Made by a program: the position numbers and the translations under genes. Below the pieces are notes generated by a model. The model was not told the DNA's origin. It did not search any database and saw only the letters and a program-made list of their open reading frames with translations. Positions 1-9,015 of a stretch of 55,038 nt of DNA are shown one piece after another (position 1 is the stretch's first letter; each line of letters begins with the position of its first letter). The DNA comes from an uncultured Gammaproteobacteria bacterium. GTDB lineage: Bacteria > Patescibacteriota > Microgenomatia > 2-02-FULL-39-11. Location: assembly GCA_964520615.1 (NCBI GenBank), contig CAZFNL010000099.1, positions 1-55,038 of the forward strand. Reading direction: 5' to 3'.

Positions 1-59
1 TCTCCCATGACCGTAAACTGGGAGAACTTTTTGTGTAGGTCTATACCTATGTAATTCAT
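1..59 (-). mobile_element. IS110-family (DEDD/RuvC-like) transposase, N-terminal fragment running off the window edge
   Basis: Minus strand reads AGGAGG RBS, then ATG(59) MNYIGIDLHKKFSQFTVMG; xIGIDLHK is the first catalytic-Asp motif of IS110 recombinases. Not in the ORF track because it is truncated. Confidence 0.75.
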
Positions 60-197
60 GGTATCCTCCTTTTCTTTGGGATAACTTTAATAACTCCTGC
101 ATTATCCCAGAAAAGGCCTACACATTTTTCATAGCATCATAGAGTAATATTAGCGGAAATTGTTATTCTTCTCAAGACTTTTAATTATTGAAAGACA

Positions 198-226
198 TTG
201 ACTTAGTCTTTTTTGAGGATTAGAAT
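198..226 (+). promoter_or_regulatory. sigma70 promoter of the thiamine operon
   Basis: TTGACT(198-203)-17 nt-TAGAAT(221-226) immediately upstream of the TPP aptamer. Confidence 0.7.
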
Positions 227-237
227 ATTAATTATTA

Positions 238-332
238 AATGGGGAGCTTGATGGAAGTCAGGCTGAGAGTTTCCGAAATCTATCGGGATTACCCATATAA
301 CCTGATTTGGATAATGCCAACGCAGGGAAAAT
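238..332 (+). promoter_or_regulatory. TPP riboswitch aptamer
   Basis: GGGGAGC...GCTGAGA...ACCC...AACCTGAT..GGATAATGCC.ACGCAGGGAA matches the THI-box consensus; lies upstream of thi genes. Confidence 0.95.
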
Positions 333-336
333 ACAC

Positions 337-363
337 AGCCATTCCTTGCGGAATGGTTTTTTT
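337..363 (+). terminator. intrinsic terminator (expression platform of the TPP riboswitch)
   Basis: GCCATTCC-TTGC-GGAATGGT hairpin followed by a T run. Confidence 0.85.
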
Positions 364-431
364 ATGTGAGGGTTTGCGAGTTTACGAGCAAATACTCTCA
401 CATATGGTGAGGAGCGAAGCGACGAATCCAT

Positions 432-1757
432 ATGACTAAAAAAAGAGTTCAGATTGTTAAATCTCCTCCGGAATGGGGGATTGAGCCGGTACCACCAAAA
501 TATCAGATACTTGGTTTCTTTGATTATTTTGTCTTGTGGGGAGATTTGGGCATGGGTCTTCTTGTCCTTTTGGCAGGCAGCTTTCTTGCCCCGGGGCTTG
601 GTTTTTTTCAGGCATTTGCCGCAATTGTCATAGGTTCTTTTGTAGGATGCATACTTTTGGCAGCTGTGGGTCTTATGGGCAGCAGGACCCATGCTCCCAC
701 AATGGTTCTCTTAAGATCGGTTTTGGGCATAAGAGGGTCATGGTTACCATCATTTTTCAATGTGATACAACTTATCGGCTGGACAATCTTTGAATTTGTA
801 GTTATGGGTATGACGGCAGTGGCGATACTAAAATCACTTTTTGGATTTGGAAATTATTACACAAGTGTTATGATGTTTGCTTTTTTAGTCATTCTAATGG
901 GAATAGGGGGAGTAACGGCTGTAGTGAGAAAATGGTTGAGAAAGTATGCCGTGTGGATTGTGACTTTGACTACAGCTTGGTTGACTTATCATATTTTTGC
1001 CGGAAACAATATTTCCACACTTTTGAGAAAAGCCGGAGACGGTAGCCTTTCTTTCTGGTCTGGGGTGGATATAGTTATTGCCATGCCTATATCTTGGTTG
1101 CCTCTTATTGCTGATTTCAATAGGTTTGCCAAAAACGACAGGCATGCTTTTTGGGGGTCTTTTTGGGGATATTTTCTCTCAAATATATGGCTTTATACTA
1201 TTGGGGCGGTCATACTTATGACAACTTCCGTAACCCAGGAGACAATAGGATTTATACAGGCGGTTTTGTTGTCTGCCGGCTCTCTGGCACTTCTTATACT
1301 TTTGGTTGATGAGACAAAAGAAGCCTGGGCAGATTTATACTCTTCAGCGGTATCAACACAAAATATATTTCCCCATATAAAGCAACGGACACTTATTATT
1401 TTTTTGGGAATATTCTCTTTAATTTCCGCGATGTTTATTGATATTACACAGTATGAGAATTTTCTTTATATTATAGGGTCAATATTCATTCCTCTTTTTG
1501 CCATTCTTATTGCTGACTATTTTTTTATACATAAAGGAAATATAGCTACAAAAGAGCTCTATAGTAAACATGGTCTGTATTGGTTTTCAAAAGGAATTAA
1601 TTGGTTGGCAATGTTATCTTGGGCTTTTGGGATTTTAGTCTACCAGTTTATTACCAGAAAACTGCCAGATCTGGGCGCATCCCTTCCGACATTTGTCTGC
1701 GTATTTATTGTATATTTACTTTTTATGAAACTGAGAGTTATTTTCAATGAAAATTGA
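432..1757 (+). CDS. cytX: NCS1-family putative hydroxymethylpyrimidine transporter CytX
   Basis: About 12 TM helices, WGIEPVP N-terminus, MPISWLPLIADF motif; first gene under a TPP riboswitch. Confidence 0.85.
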   Translation: MTKKRVQIVKSPPEWGIEPVPPKYQILGFFDYFVLWGDLGMGLLVLLAGSFLAPGLGFFQAFAAIVIGSFVGCILLAAVGLMGSRTHAPTMVLLRSVLGIRGSWLPSFFNVIQLIGWTIFEFVVMGMTAVAILKSLFGFGNYYTSVMMFAFLVILMGIGGVTAVVRKWLRKYAVWIVTLTTAWLTYHIFAGNNISTLLRKAGDGSLSFWSGVDIVIAMPISWLPLIADFNRFAKNDRHAFWGSFWGYFLSNIWLYTIGAVILMTTSVTQETIGFIQAVLLSAGSLALLILLVDETKEAWADLYSSAVSTQNIFPHIKQRTLIIFLGIFSLISAMFIDITQYENFLYIIGSIFIPLFAILIADYFFIHKGNIATKELYSKHGLYWFSKGINWLAMLSWAFGILVYQFITRKLPDLGASLPTFVCVFIVYLLFMKLRVIFNEN

Positions 1758-2379
1758 CTACTGTCTTTATTTGGTTACAGACAGGAATTTAGTCGGAAAA
1801 AAATCAGTCCTTTCAATTGTTTCGGAAGCAATAAAAGGCGGAGTGACAATCGTACAATACAGGGAAAAAAATGCTTCCACACGGTTGATGATTGAGGAAG
1901 GTAGAGTTCTTCATAAAATTACCAAGAAAGCGGGTATTCCTCTTATCATTGACGACAGGATAGATGTGGCATTGGCAATTGATGCTGAAGGAGTACATGT
2001 GGGGCAAAGCGATATGCCGGCAAATATTGCCCGGCAGATTATCGGACAGGAAAAAATATTGGGGGTTACGGCAAGCAATGTGGTAGAAGCAAGAAAAGCA
2101 GTTGAAGACGGGGCTGACTATCTGGGAGTGAGTGATATTTTCGGCTCCACAACTAAAACAGATACGGGGAAGCCTATTGGGGTTGGCATGATTAAACAAA
2201 TTATAAAAAAGGTAAAAATTCCCATTGTAGGAATAGGAGGTATCACTTTGGAAAATGCAAATCAGGTAATACGGGCGGGAGCCGATGGAATTGCCGTAAT
2301 ATCTGCGGTATTTCTGGCAAAGGAGCCGAAATTCGCTGCAGAAAAATTAAAAAAAATAGTTAATGAAGCGAAAAGTTAA
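1747..2379 (+). CDS. thiE: thiamine-phosphate synthase
   Basis: LYLVTD, QYREK, DGVHVGQSD-like, IGGIT motifs. Confidence 0.95.
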   Translation: MKIDYCLYLVTDRNLVGKKSVLSIVSEAIKGGVTIVQYREKNASTRLMIEEGRVLHKITKKAGIPLIIDDRIDVALAIDAEGVHVGQSDMPANIARQIIGQEKILGVTASNVVEARKAVEDGADYLGVSDIFGSTTKTDTGKPIGVGMIKQIIKKVKIPIVGIGGITLENANQVIRAGADGIAVISAVFLAKEPKFAAEKLKKIVNEAKS

Positions 2380-2417
2380 TTTTATATAAATTATTAATTT
2401 TAATTATTAGGAGAATT

Positions 2418-3227
2418 ATGGATAAAAAATTAAATCAAGAAGCAGGAGAAATATTAAAAAGAGTGAGAGAAAAAAAACCGCTTCTGCACCATATCACTAA
2501 TTTTGTCGTGATGAATGATACGGCAAATGTCACGCTGCATGTAGGAGCTCTTCCGGTCATGGCCCATGCCAGGGAAGAGATAGAGGAAATGATAGGTATT
2601 GCAAATGCACTGGTTTTAAATATAGGTACATTATCAAAGGATTGGATAGAATCAATGTTTATTGCCGGAAGAAAAGCAAACAGCATGGGGATTCCGATTA
2701 TTCTTGATCCGGTTGGGGCAGGCGCTACTAAATTGCGTACCAGTACATCACTTGAGTTACTAAGTAAATTGGAGATAGCAGTACTACGGGGAAACCAGGG
2801 AGAGATAGGTGCTGTTGCTGGTGCAGGAGGTAAAGTGAAAGGAGTGGAAAGCATCGTGGGAATAAAAGACCCAGTGAAAGTAGCACAAAATCTGGCTAAA
2901 AAATATAAGACAGTTGTGGTTATTACGGGAAAACGCGACATTATATCTTCCGGAAAAGAAACATATTTTGTCGACAACGGTGATCTGTGGCTCTCGACAA
3001 ATACAGGGACTGGTTGTATGTCTACTACCATGGTGGCTGCTTTTTGTGCAGTTGAAAAGAATTATGCTCTGGCATCTTCTGTAGCGCTTGCATGTTATGG
3101 ATATGCTGCCGAAATCGCAGCAAAAAAGGCAAAAGGCCCCGCCAGTTTCAAAATCGCCCTTCTTGATGCTTTATATAATATGACTTCCTCCCAACTGGCA
3201 AAGGGAGCAAAAATATATGTCGCCTAA
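2418..3227 (+). CDS. thiM: hydroxyethylthiazole kinase
   Basis: PLLHHITNFV, LNIGTL, LDPVGAGAT, RGNxGEI, TGTGC motifs. Confidence 0.95.
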   Translation: MDKKLNQEAGEILKRVREKKPLLHHITNFVVMNDTANVTLHVGALPVMAHAREEIEEMIGIANALVLNIGTLSKDWIESMFIAGRKANSMGIPIILDPVGAGATKLRTSTSLELLSKLEIAVLRGNQGEIGAVAGAGGKVKGVESIVGIKDPVKVAQNLAKKYKTVVVITGKRDIISSGKETYFVDNGDLWLSTNTGTGCMSTTMVAAFCAVEKNYALASSVALACYGYAAEIAAKKAKGPASFKIALLDALYNMTSSQLAKGAKIYVA

Positions 3228-4221
3228 GTTATCGGGTGAATTTGGTTTGATCCAAAAGCTTACGTCAGAGTTGAAAGTAAAAAATCGGGATGTAATTGTG
3301 GGAATAGGTGATGACTGTGCAGTTTTGTCTTTTGATAAAAATTATTTTGAACTGTTAACTTGTGATGTACAGGTTGCGGGTAGACATTTTGTTTTGGAAA
3401 ATTTGGAGCCGGAAAATATCGGCCACAAAGCAATTGCAATAAACATTAGCGATATTGCTGCAATGGGCGGGTTACCTACTGTCTGTCTGGTTTCCCTGAT
3501 TTTACCCAAGAATATCTCTACCGATTTTGTTCAAAGGATTTATAAAGGAATAGATAGGATCTGTAGTAGATACAATATACAGGTGACAGGAGGAAATATA
3601 TCCTCGGGAAAAGATTTGGCAATTGACATTTTTATGCTGGGAAAAGTAAAAAAGAGTAATCTGCTTTTGCGGTCCGGCGCAAATATTGGAGATGACGTTT
3701 TAGTAACTGGTACGTTGGGAGATGCTGCAGCGGGGCTTTTTATAGCCAAAGACAAAAAATTATTGTCGGTAAAGACTAGAAGATTATTGCAGAGACAACT
3801 GGCTCCAAATCCGAGAATTGGTGAGTCAAAATTAGTTGCCGAAAGTGGTATGGCAACAGCGATGATTGACGTAAGTGATGGGTTAAGCGGTGACATTTGT
3901 CACATATGTGAAAAAAGTAATGTTGGAGTTGAGATATATGGGGATAAGCTTCCAGTTACCAAAGACGTGTTAGAGTTTTCCCAAAAAGTAAAAAGGAATC
4001 CATACGATTTAGCTTTTAATGGTGGAGAAGATTATGAACTTTTATTTACCTCAAGACCTGAAGATGCAAAGTTTTTAATTTCAGAAGTTAAAAAGAGGAC
4101 AAATACAGAAGTAAAAATAATAGGTAAAATATTACCTAAAAAAATGGGTAGATGGTTGGTAACAAAAGATGAAAAAAGAGTGACGTTAAAATCAGGCAGT
4201 TGGGATCACTTGAGAAAATAA
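3217..4221 (+). CDS. thiL: thiamine-monophosphate kinase
   Basis: GEFGLI, GIGDDCA, NISDIAAMGG, IDVSDGL, GGEDYELLFT motifs. Confidence 0.95.
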   Translation: MSPKLSGEFGLIQKLTSELKVKNRDVIVGIGDDCAVLSFDKNYFELLTCDVQVAGRHFVLENLEPENIGHKAIAINISDIAAMGGLPTVCLVSLILPKNISTDFVQRIYKGIDRICSRYNIQVTGGNISSGKDLAIDIFMLGKVKKSNLLLRSGANIGDDVLVTGTLGDAAAGLFIAKDKKLLSVKTRRLLQRQLAPNPRIGESKLVAESGMATAMIDVSDGLSGDICHICEKSNVGVEIYGDKLPVTKDVLEFSQKVKRNPYDLAFNGGEDYELLFTSRPEDAKFLISEVKKRTNTEVKIIGKILPKKMGRWLVTKDEKRVTLKSGSWDHLRK

Positions 4222-4279
4222 CAGACTGATATTTTATCCCTAATTGTTAATAGTCAACTAATAATTATTAAACTTATTT

Positions 4280-5083
4280 GTGCAACTGAAAAAAGCTTTA
4301 ACTATTGCAGGGTCAGATAGCGGCGGGGGAGCAGGTATACAGGCGGATCTCAAAACTTTCGCCGCAAGGGGGGTTTATGGGATGAGTGTTATTACTGCCA
4401 TTACGGCCCAAAATACTATTGGGGTACAGGGAGTTTTTGAGTTGCCAATATCTATTGTAAAAGAGCAGATAAAGTCGGTAATGAAAGATCTGAAGCCGGA
4501 TGTCATAAAAATCGGTATGCTAGCTAGTTGTCAAATAATAAAAACAGTCGTTTCTGAGTTGAAGGAATATAAGGAAATCCCTTTTGTTGTTGATCCTGTA
4601 ATGGTAGCAAAAAGCGGGGATAGGTTATTAAAAAAAGATGCCCAGTCAGCACTTATAAAATATCTTTTTCCTTTATCATTTGTCATTACTCCCAATCTCC
4701 ACGAGGTCAAAGCTTTGCTGGGTATTGAAGTGAGGGAAATATACGAAATGAAAAAAGCCGCTGTGTTTCTCAAAAAAATGGGCCCTAAAAATGTAATTGT
4801 AAAGGGTGGACATTTGCCGGAAAGGAAAAATTCCATAGATATTCTTTATGACGGAAAATCATTCTATATTTTTGATGAAAAAAGAATAGAAACAAAAAAT
4901 ACTCACGGTACAGGATGCACTTTCTCTTCAGCTGTTGCAGCAGAACTTGCTAAAGGTAAAAGTTTGCCTCAAGCAGTCAAAATTGCCAAAAGATATATCT
5001 CGGAAGCGTTGAAATATTCTGCTGGATTAAATATTGGAAGAGGACACGGACCTCTCCATCATTTATATCTCCTTAGTAAATAA
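4280..5083 (+). CDS. thiD: hydroxymethylpyrimidine/phosphomethylpyrimidine kinase
   Basis: [29 protein letters not shown] motifs; GTG start. Confidence 0.95.
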   Translation: MQLKKALTIAGSDSGGGAGIQADLKTFAARGVYGMSVITAITAQNTIGVQGVFELPISIVKEQIKSVMKDLKPDVIKIGMLASCQIIKTVVSELKEYKEIPFVVDPVMVAKSGDRLLKKDAQSALIKYLFPLSFVITPNLHEVKALLGIEVREIYEMKKAAVFLKKMGPKNVIVKGGHLPERKNSIDILYDGKSFYIFDEKRIETKNTHGTGCTFSSAVAAELAKGKSLPQAVKIAKRYISEALKYSAGLNIGRGHGPLHHLYLLSK

Positions 5084-5196
5084 ATATACTTCAAAAACTC
5101 AATTTACACTTTATTTTCAGTATATATATAATCAGCTTTTTAGTATCTCACTTTGCTTGGTTCTGCAAACCGGATAAGATGGTATAGAATAAAAAT

Positions 5197-5871
5197 ATGT
5201 TAAACAGAAAAAAACGTTACCTGCAGATTGCCCTAAATAGTACATTAAATGATGCATACAACATCATCCAATCACTTCCTGCAAGCGATAGGATTATTAT
5301 TGAAGCAGGTACCCCTCTTATTAAAAGGTATGGGATGGATTCCATTGCCAGTCTTTACCGGTGGTGGGGAGAAAGACTGGAAAGATTAGATGTTAGTCCT
5401 TATATCGTAGCGGACTTAAAGACAATGGACAGGGCAGAGACTGAAGTGAATATAGCTAAAAATGCCGGGGCATCTGCAGTGATCAGTCTAGGTTGGGCGC
5501 CAGTTGAGACTATTAATTCGTTTATAGAATCCTGTAAGAGAGAAGGTTTGGATAGTATGCTTGACATGATGAATGTGGAGCAGCCGGTAAAAGTGTTAAG
5601 GAAGCTGAAAAAGCTGCCTGATGTAGCGCTACTTCACCGCGGTGTAGATGAGGAAAAATTCAACAGAGACAAACCCATTCCGTATATCCAGATAAACAAG
5701 ATTCATGCCAGTTATAATCTTCTTCTCTCAATAGCCGGAGGGGATACGATAAGAGAAGTTCAGCGGGCTGTTTTTAATGATGCTGATATAGTAGTGGTAT
5801 GGAAAGAGTTTTATCAGTCAACTGCGGATACCAGTCAACTGGCAGAAGAATTTTTGAAGGCGATTAAGTAA
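5197..5871 (+). CDS. OMPDC/HUMPS-family TIM barrel, 3-hexulose-6-phosphate synthase-like (resembles the HPS domain of archaeal Fae-Hps)
   Basis: YLQIAL, EAGTPLIK, ADLKTMD, LHRGVDEE, IAGG motifs. Confidence 0.75.
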   Translation: MLNRKKRYLQIALNSTLNDAYNIIQSLPASDRIIIEAGTPLIKRYGMDSIASLYRWWGERLERLDVSPYIVADLKTMDRAETEVNIAKNAGASAVISLGWAPVETINSFIESCKREGLDSMLDMMNVEQPVKVLRKLKKLPDVALLHRGVDEEKFNRDKPIPYIQINKIHASYNLLLSIAGGDTIREVQRAVFNDADIVVVWKEFYQSTADTSQLAEEFLKAIK

Positions 5872-5883
5872 TTATTTAAGAAA

Positions 5884-6630
5884 TTATTGGTTAGCAAGTT
5901 TTTTCAATCCTTCCAAAACCTGGATGGGAAGGGCAAAGACGACTGTGTTTGACGGATTGGAGGTAGTTGCTTCAATTGTCTGTAAAGTTCTTAAAGAGAT
6001 TGCTCCTGATGTAGCCATTTGTTCCATAGCTTTTTTAAGGTTTGCTGAAGCAGATAATTCTCCTTGGGAGCGGATGATTGTCGCCCTTCTTTCCCTTTCC
6101 GCCTCAGCCTGTTTAGCCATTGCTCTTTTCATATCTGCTGGTAACTCTATGTCCTGGATTTTAATGGCTGTGACATCAACTCCCCATTCGGTAGTTTCAA
6201 TGTCAACGATCTTTTTTATCTCCTCCGCAATTTTCTGTCTGTCGACAAGAAGACTATCCAGTTCTACACCTCCAATAACGTCACGCAGTGCTGTTTGGGC
6301 ATATTGAGTGACAGCATAAGTATAATCCTGGATTTTGAGGACGGCATCCTCAGGTTTGTTTACCTGGAAGTAAACAACTGCGTTTATTCCCACAGGCACG
6401 TTATCTTTGGTAATGACTTCCTGTTGGGGGATATCAGAAGTTGTGATTCGAATGTCTACTTTAATCAGTCTTTGGAAAATAGGGAAGACTACTTTAAGAC
6501 CAGGATCAAGAGTATAGGAATATGAACCAAGAGTCAGAACAATTCCTCTTTCATACTGGTCGATCACTTTTAGACCAGATAGAACCAGAAGAATAAGAAA
6601 GACTATGACAGCAGTAAAAAATATCCCCAC
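5884..6630 (-). CDS. SPFH/stomatin (band 7) membrane protein
   Basis: N-terminal TM; QYERG, QEVITKDNV, AQTALRDVIG, AMAKQAEAERERRA. Confidence 0.92.
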   Translation of the reverse strand: MGIFFTAVIVFLILLVLSGLKVIDQYERGIVLTLGSYSYTLDPGLKVVFPIFQRLIKVDIRITTSDIPQQEVITKDNVPVGINAVVYFQVNKPEDAVLKIQDYTYAVTQYAQTALRDVIGGVELDSLLVDRQKIAEEIKKIVDIETTEWGVDVTAIKIQDIELPADMKRAMAKQAEAERERRATIIRSQGELSASANLKKAMEQMATSGAISLRTLQTIEATTSNPSNTVVFALPIQVLEGLKKLANQ

Positions 6631-6683
6631 AAAATCAGTGTATCAATTTTTTATGATGTCAACAAGTGATTTATTTCATTGCA

Positions 6684-6719
6684 TTGACAAATAATTGTGA
6701 CCATGGTATCATGACCATG
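6684..6719 (+). promoter_or_regulatory. TA-operon promoter with overlapping operator repeats
   Basis: TTGACA(6684-6689)-17-TATCAT(6707-6712); TGACCATG repeated at 6698 and 6712; palindrome ACCATGGT at 6700-6707. Confidence 0.7.
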
Positions 6720-6724
6720 AGCAT

Positions 6725-6958
6725 ATGGAAGATATCATATCAAAATCACAGTTTAAGCCACGGGTTCTTGAGTATCTGCGGATAGTGGAAAAAAAGAAAA
6801 AACCCATAATCATATCACACGCAGGAAAACCGGTTGTCCAAATCATTCCGTATACTGATAATCCCAAAAAGAAACTGGCGGACTTGCGGGGCAGCGTAAT
6901 CTCATATAAATACCCGTCCCGTCCGGTGGGGCTGGCTGACTGGGAAATCTTGAAATGA
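6725..6958 (+). CDS. Phd/YefM-family antitoxin
   Basis: ISKSQFK...LRIVE...PIIISHAGKPVVQI fold pattern; ATGA overlap with the PIN toxin. Confidence 0.85.
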   Translation: MEDIISKSQFKPRVLEYLRIVEKKKKPIIISHAGKPVVQIIPYTDNPKKKLADLRGSVISYKYPSRPVGLADWEILK

Positions 6959-7350
6959 TAATTCTGGATACGCAATCACTCATATGGTGGATTGGAAACC
7001 CCCAAAAGCTGTCAAAAAAGGCATCACTTGCGATAGACAAGGCTATGGCAGACGGCAGACTCTTTGTTTCAAGCATAAGTATCTGGGAGATATGCATGCT
7101 GGTGAAAGCGGGAAGACTGACGCTCTCAATGGATATTGCGGACTGGATCGGGAAGGTGGAGGCGTTACCTTTTCTGCAGTTTATATCAGTTGACAGTGAT
7201 ATTGCCATAGGATCGGTGTTTCTTCAGGAACCGTTTCATAAAGATCCCGCAGACAGAATGATAGTCGCCACGGCTTTAAATCTGGGAGCATCCATAGTCA
7301 CGAGCGACCGAAGGATTCTGAAATACCGGCATGTCAGGTCGATATGGTGA
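6955..7350 (+). CDS. vapC: PIN-domain toxin, VapC family
   Basis: IILDTQ, SSISIWEI, HKDPADRMIVATA, TSD acidic motifs. Confidence 0.9.
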   Translation: MIILDTQSLIWWIGNPQKLSKKASLAIDKAMADGRLFVSSISIWEICMLVKAGRLTLSMDIADWIGKVEALPFLQFISVDSDIAIGSVFLQEPFHKDPADRMIVATALNLGASIVTSDRRILKYRHVRSIW

Positions 7351-7451
7351 TATTTATGCCGCTTTTTAAAATAGCTTTTTCACTCCCGAAGTGGAAGGAT
7401 TATCCGATAAATTGATAAAAACTTGATTTGTTTTTAAATACAGACCGAATT

Positions 7452-7481
7452 TTGACAGATTGGGTATAATTGTGGTAATAT
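7452..7481 (+). promoter_or_regulatory. putative promoter of the purine salvage operon
   Basis: TTGACA(7452-7457)-18-TAATAT(7476-7481) with TG extension. Confidence 0.5.
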
Positions 7482-7531
7482 ATAATATGGTTGGTCAAAT
7501 TGATTTCAGCCAAATAAATAAAGATTTTTAC

Positions 7532-7556
7532 AACTCGGCTACGGCCGGGTTTTTTT
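7532..7556 (+). terminator. leader terminator/attenuator upstream of the purine salvage operon
   Basis: AACTCGGC-TACG-GCCGGGTT plus T run, ending 14 nt before the first ATG. Confidence 0.7.
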
Positions 7557-7570
7557 GATGGAGTTTATAC

Positions 7571-7981
7571 ATGAAAAAAATCTGTTTCTGCGGTAGTTTT
7601 AAGTTTTACCAGGAGATGGAGGATGCGGCAAAATTACTCCGGGGAAAAGGATTTATGGTAATAGTCCCGCAGCCTTCACATATCAGACACGGGCACAAGC
7701 CGCAAGAATTGAAAAAGAAATACGATAAAGCTACTCTGACAAAGTGGGAAGGTGAGGGTGCTTTTTCGCATCTAGAGAATATCAGGAAAAGTGATGTTGT
7801 CTATATTTTCAACCAGGGATCGTATCTGGGTCCTGCCGTCACAGTGGAGATAGGCTATTCTCTGGCTCTTGGAAAACCCATTTTTGCAAGAGCGAAAATA
7901 AAGGATATTACCGTGACTAATTTTGTCAAAGCGGTCGTTTCGCCCCAAAATTTAGTAAAATATCTGGAGAGTGAAAAATAA
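7571..7981 (+). CDS. nucleoside 2-deoxyribosyltransferase/N-glycosidase-like protein
   Basis: ICFCGS...IRKSDVVYI...YLGPAVTVEIGYSLALGKPIF, the NDT/RCL-like G..E.GYA..LGKP pattern. Confidence 0.65.
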   Translation: MKKICFCGSFKFYQEMEDAAKLLRGKGFMVIVPQPSHIRHGHKPQELKKKYDKATLTKWEGEGAFSHLENIRKSDVVYIFNQGSYLGPAVTVEIGYSLALGKPIFARAKIKDITVTNFVKAVVSPQNLVKYLESEK

Positions 7982-7982
7982 T

Positions 7983-8975
7983 ATGGATACAATTGCGAAA
8001 AAATTCGGAGAATTGACTGAGCTGCATGTTCATATAGGGTCAGCAGTGGACCCTCCAATTATGTGGGAAATTGCCCAGGAGCAGGGGATAAGACTGCCTA
8101 CCAAAAATTACTGGGATTTTGAAAAACTTATTACAGTGTCAGATGACACAAATTACAAAAAGTATCTTGATCTTTTCCACTGGACTGAACTTATACAATC
8201 CTCGCCTGAAGCGATGGAAAAAAGCATTTATTCTATCGCATCTGGAGCTTATCGCAAAAATGGTATTACAACTCTTGAAATTCGTTTCAATCCTATGCTG
8301 AGAAACCGCGGGGGGGAAAGAGATCTTGATCATATTATCCTTTCCAGCATTCACAGTATGGAGAGGGCAATGCTTTCATACCCCATGAGGATAGGAATTA
8401 TTCTCATGTGTGACCGCAGGTTTTCCCCGAAACTCAATTCCATCATTGCCGAAAAAGCGGTAAAGTACGCCAGACGGGGCGTAATAGGAATAGATCTGGC
8501 CGGGCCAATTGATCCACAGTTTAGCATGGAAACTTTGGTTGAGCCGATAAAAGCATGTAAAAGGGTAGGACTCGGAGTGACAATTCATACCGGTGAAGCA
8601 ACAGGGGCTGATGAGATGATGCGCACCATAAAGCTTCTAACTCCCGACAGGATCGGCCATGGCGTCAGGGCAATAGAGGATCAAAATGTGCTTTTAGAGT
8701 TGAAAAACAGAAATATTGTTCTTGAAGTCTGTCCAACATCAAATCTAAACACAAGGGTAGTAAAGAACCTGTCCGATTTTAAAAATATTTTTGCTACCTT
8801 AAAAGAACAAGGAGTTCCGTTTACTATAAACACCGACGGTCCGGAAATGTTGAGGACAAATTTGCTTAATGAATACCAGATACTTTTGGACAATAATATA
8901 CTAAGCTTGGAAGATTTGAATAAAGCATCGCAAAAAGCAAAAGAAGCTAGTTTTATAAAAAGCAAATCGGTTTGA
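7983..8975 (+). CDS. add: adenosine deaminase
   Basis: ELHVH, GIDLAG, TIHTGE, RIGHG, CPTSN, INTD metal-binding motifs. Confidence 0.9.
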   Translation: MDTIAKKFGELTELHVHIGSAVDPPIMWEIAQEQGIRLPTKNYWDFEKLITVSDDTNYKKYLDLFHWTELIQSSPEAMEKSIYSIASGAYRKNGITTLEIRFNPMLRNRGGERDLDHIILSSIHSMERAMLSYPMRIGIILMCDRRFSPKLNSIIAEKAVKYARRGVIGIDLAGPIDPQFSMETLVEPIKACKRVGLGVTIHTGEATGADEMMRTIKLLTPDRIGHGVRAIEDQNVLLELKNRNIVLEVCPTSNLNTRVVKNLSDFKNIFATLKEQGVPFTINTDGPEMLRTNLLNEYQILLDNNILSLEDLNKASQKAKEASFIKSKSV

Positions 8976-9015
8976 CCAAAGATGTTCTAGATTATTAATT
9001 CCGAAAAATCTAAAT

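Noticed and set aside
239-439. 66-aa ORF upstream of cytX
   Set aside because: Coincides with the TPP aptamer and terminator; no protein features
6725-7350. Phd-VapC pair as a novel defence system
   Set aside because: Ordinary type II toxin-antitoxin module with a typical autoregulated promoter
7460-7545. Purine (guanine) riboswitch suggested by TATAAT...AATATGG...TTTC...TAAA...CTAC words
   Set aside because: P2 and P3 helices cannot be formed and the TATAAT words fall in the promoter region; kept only as an unclassified leader
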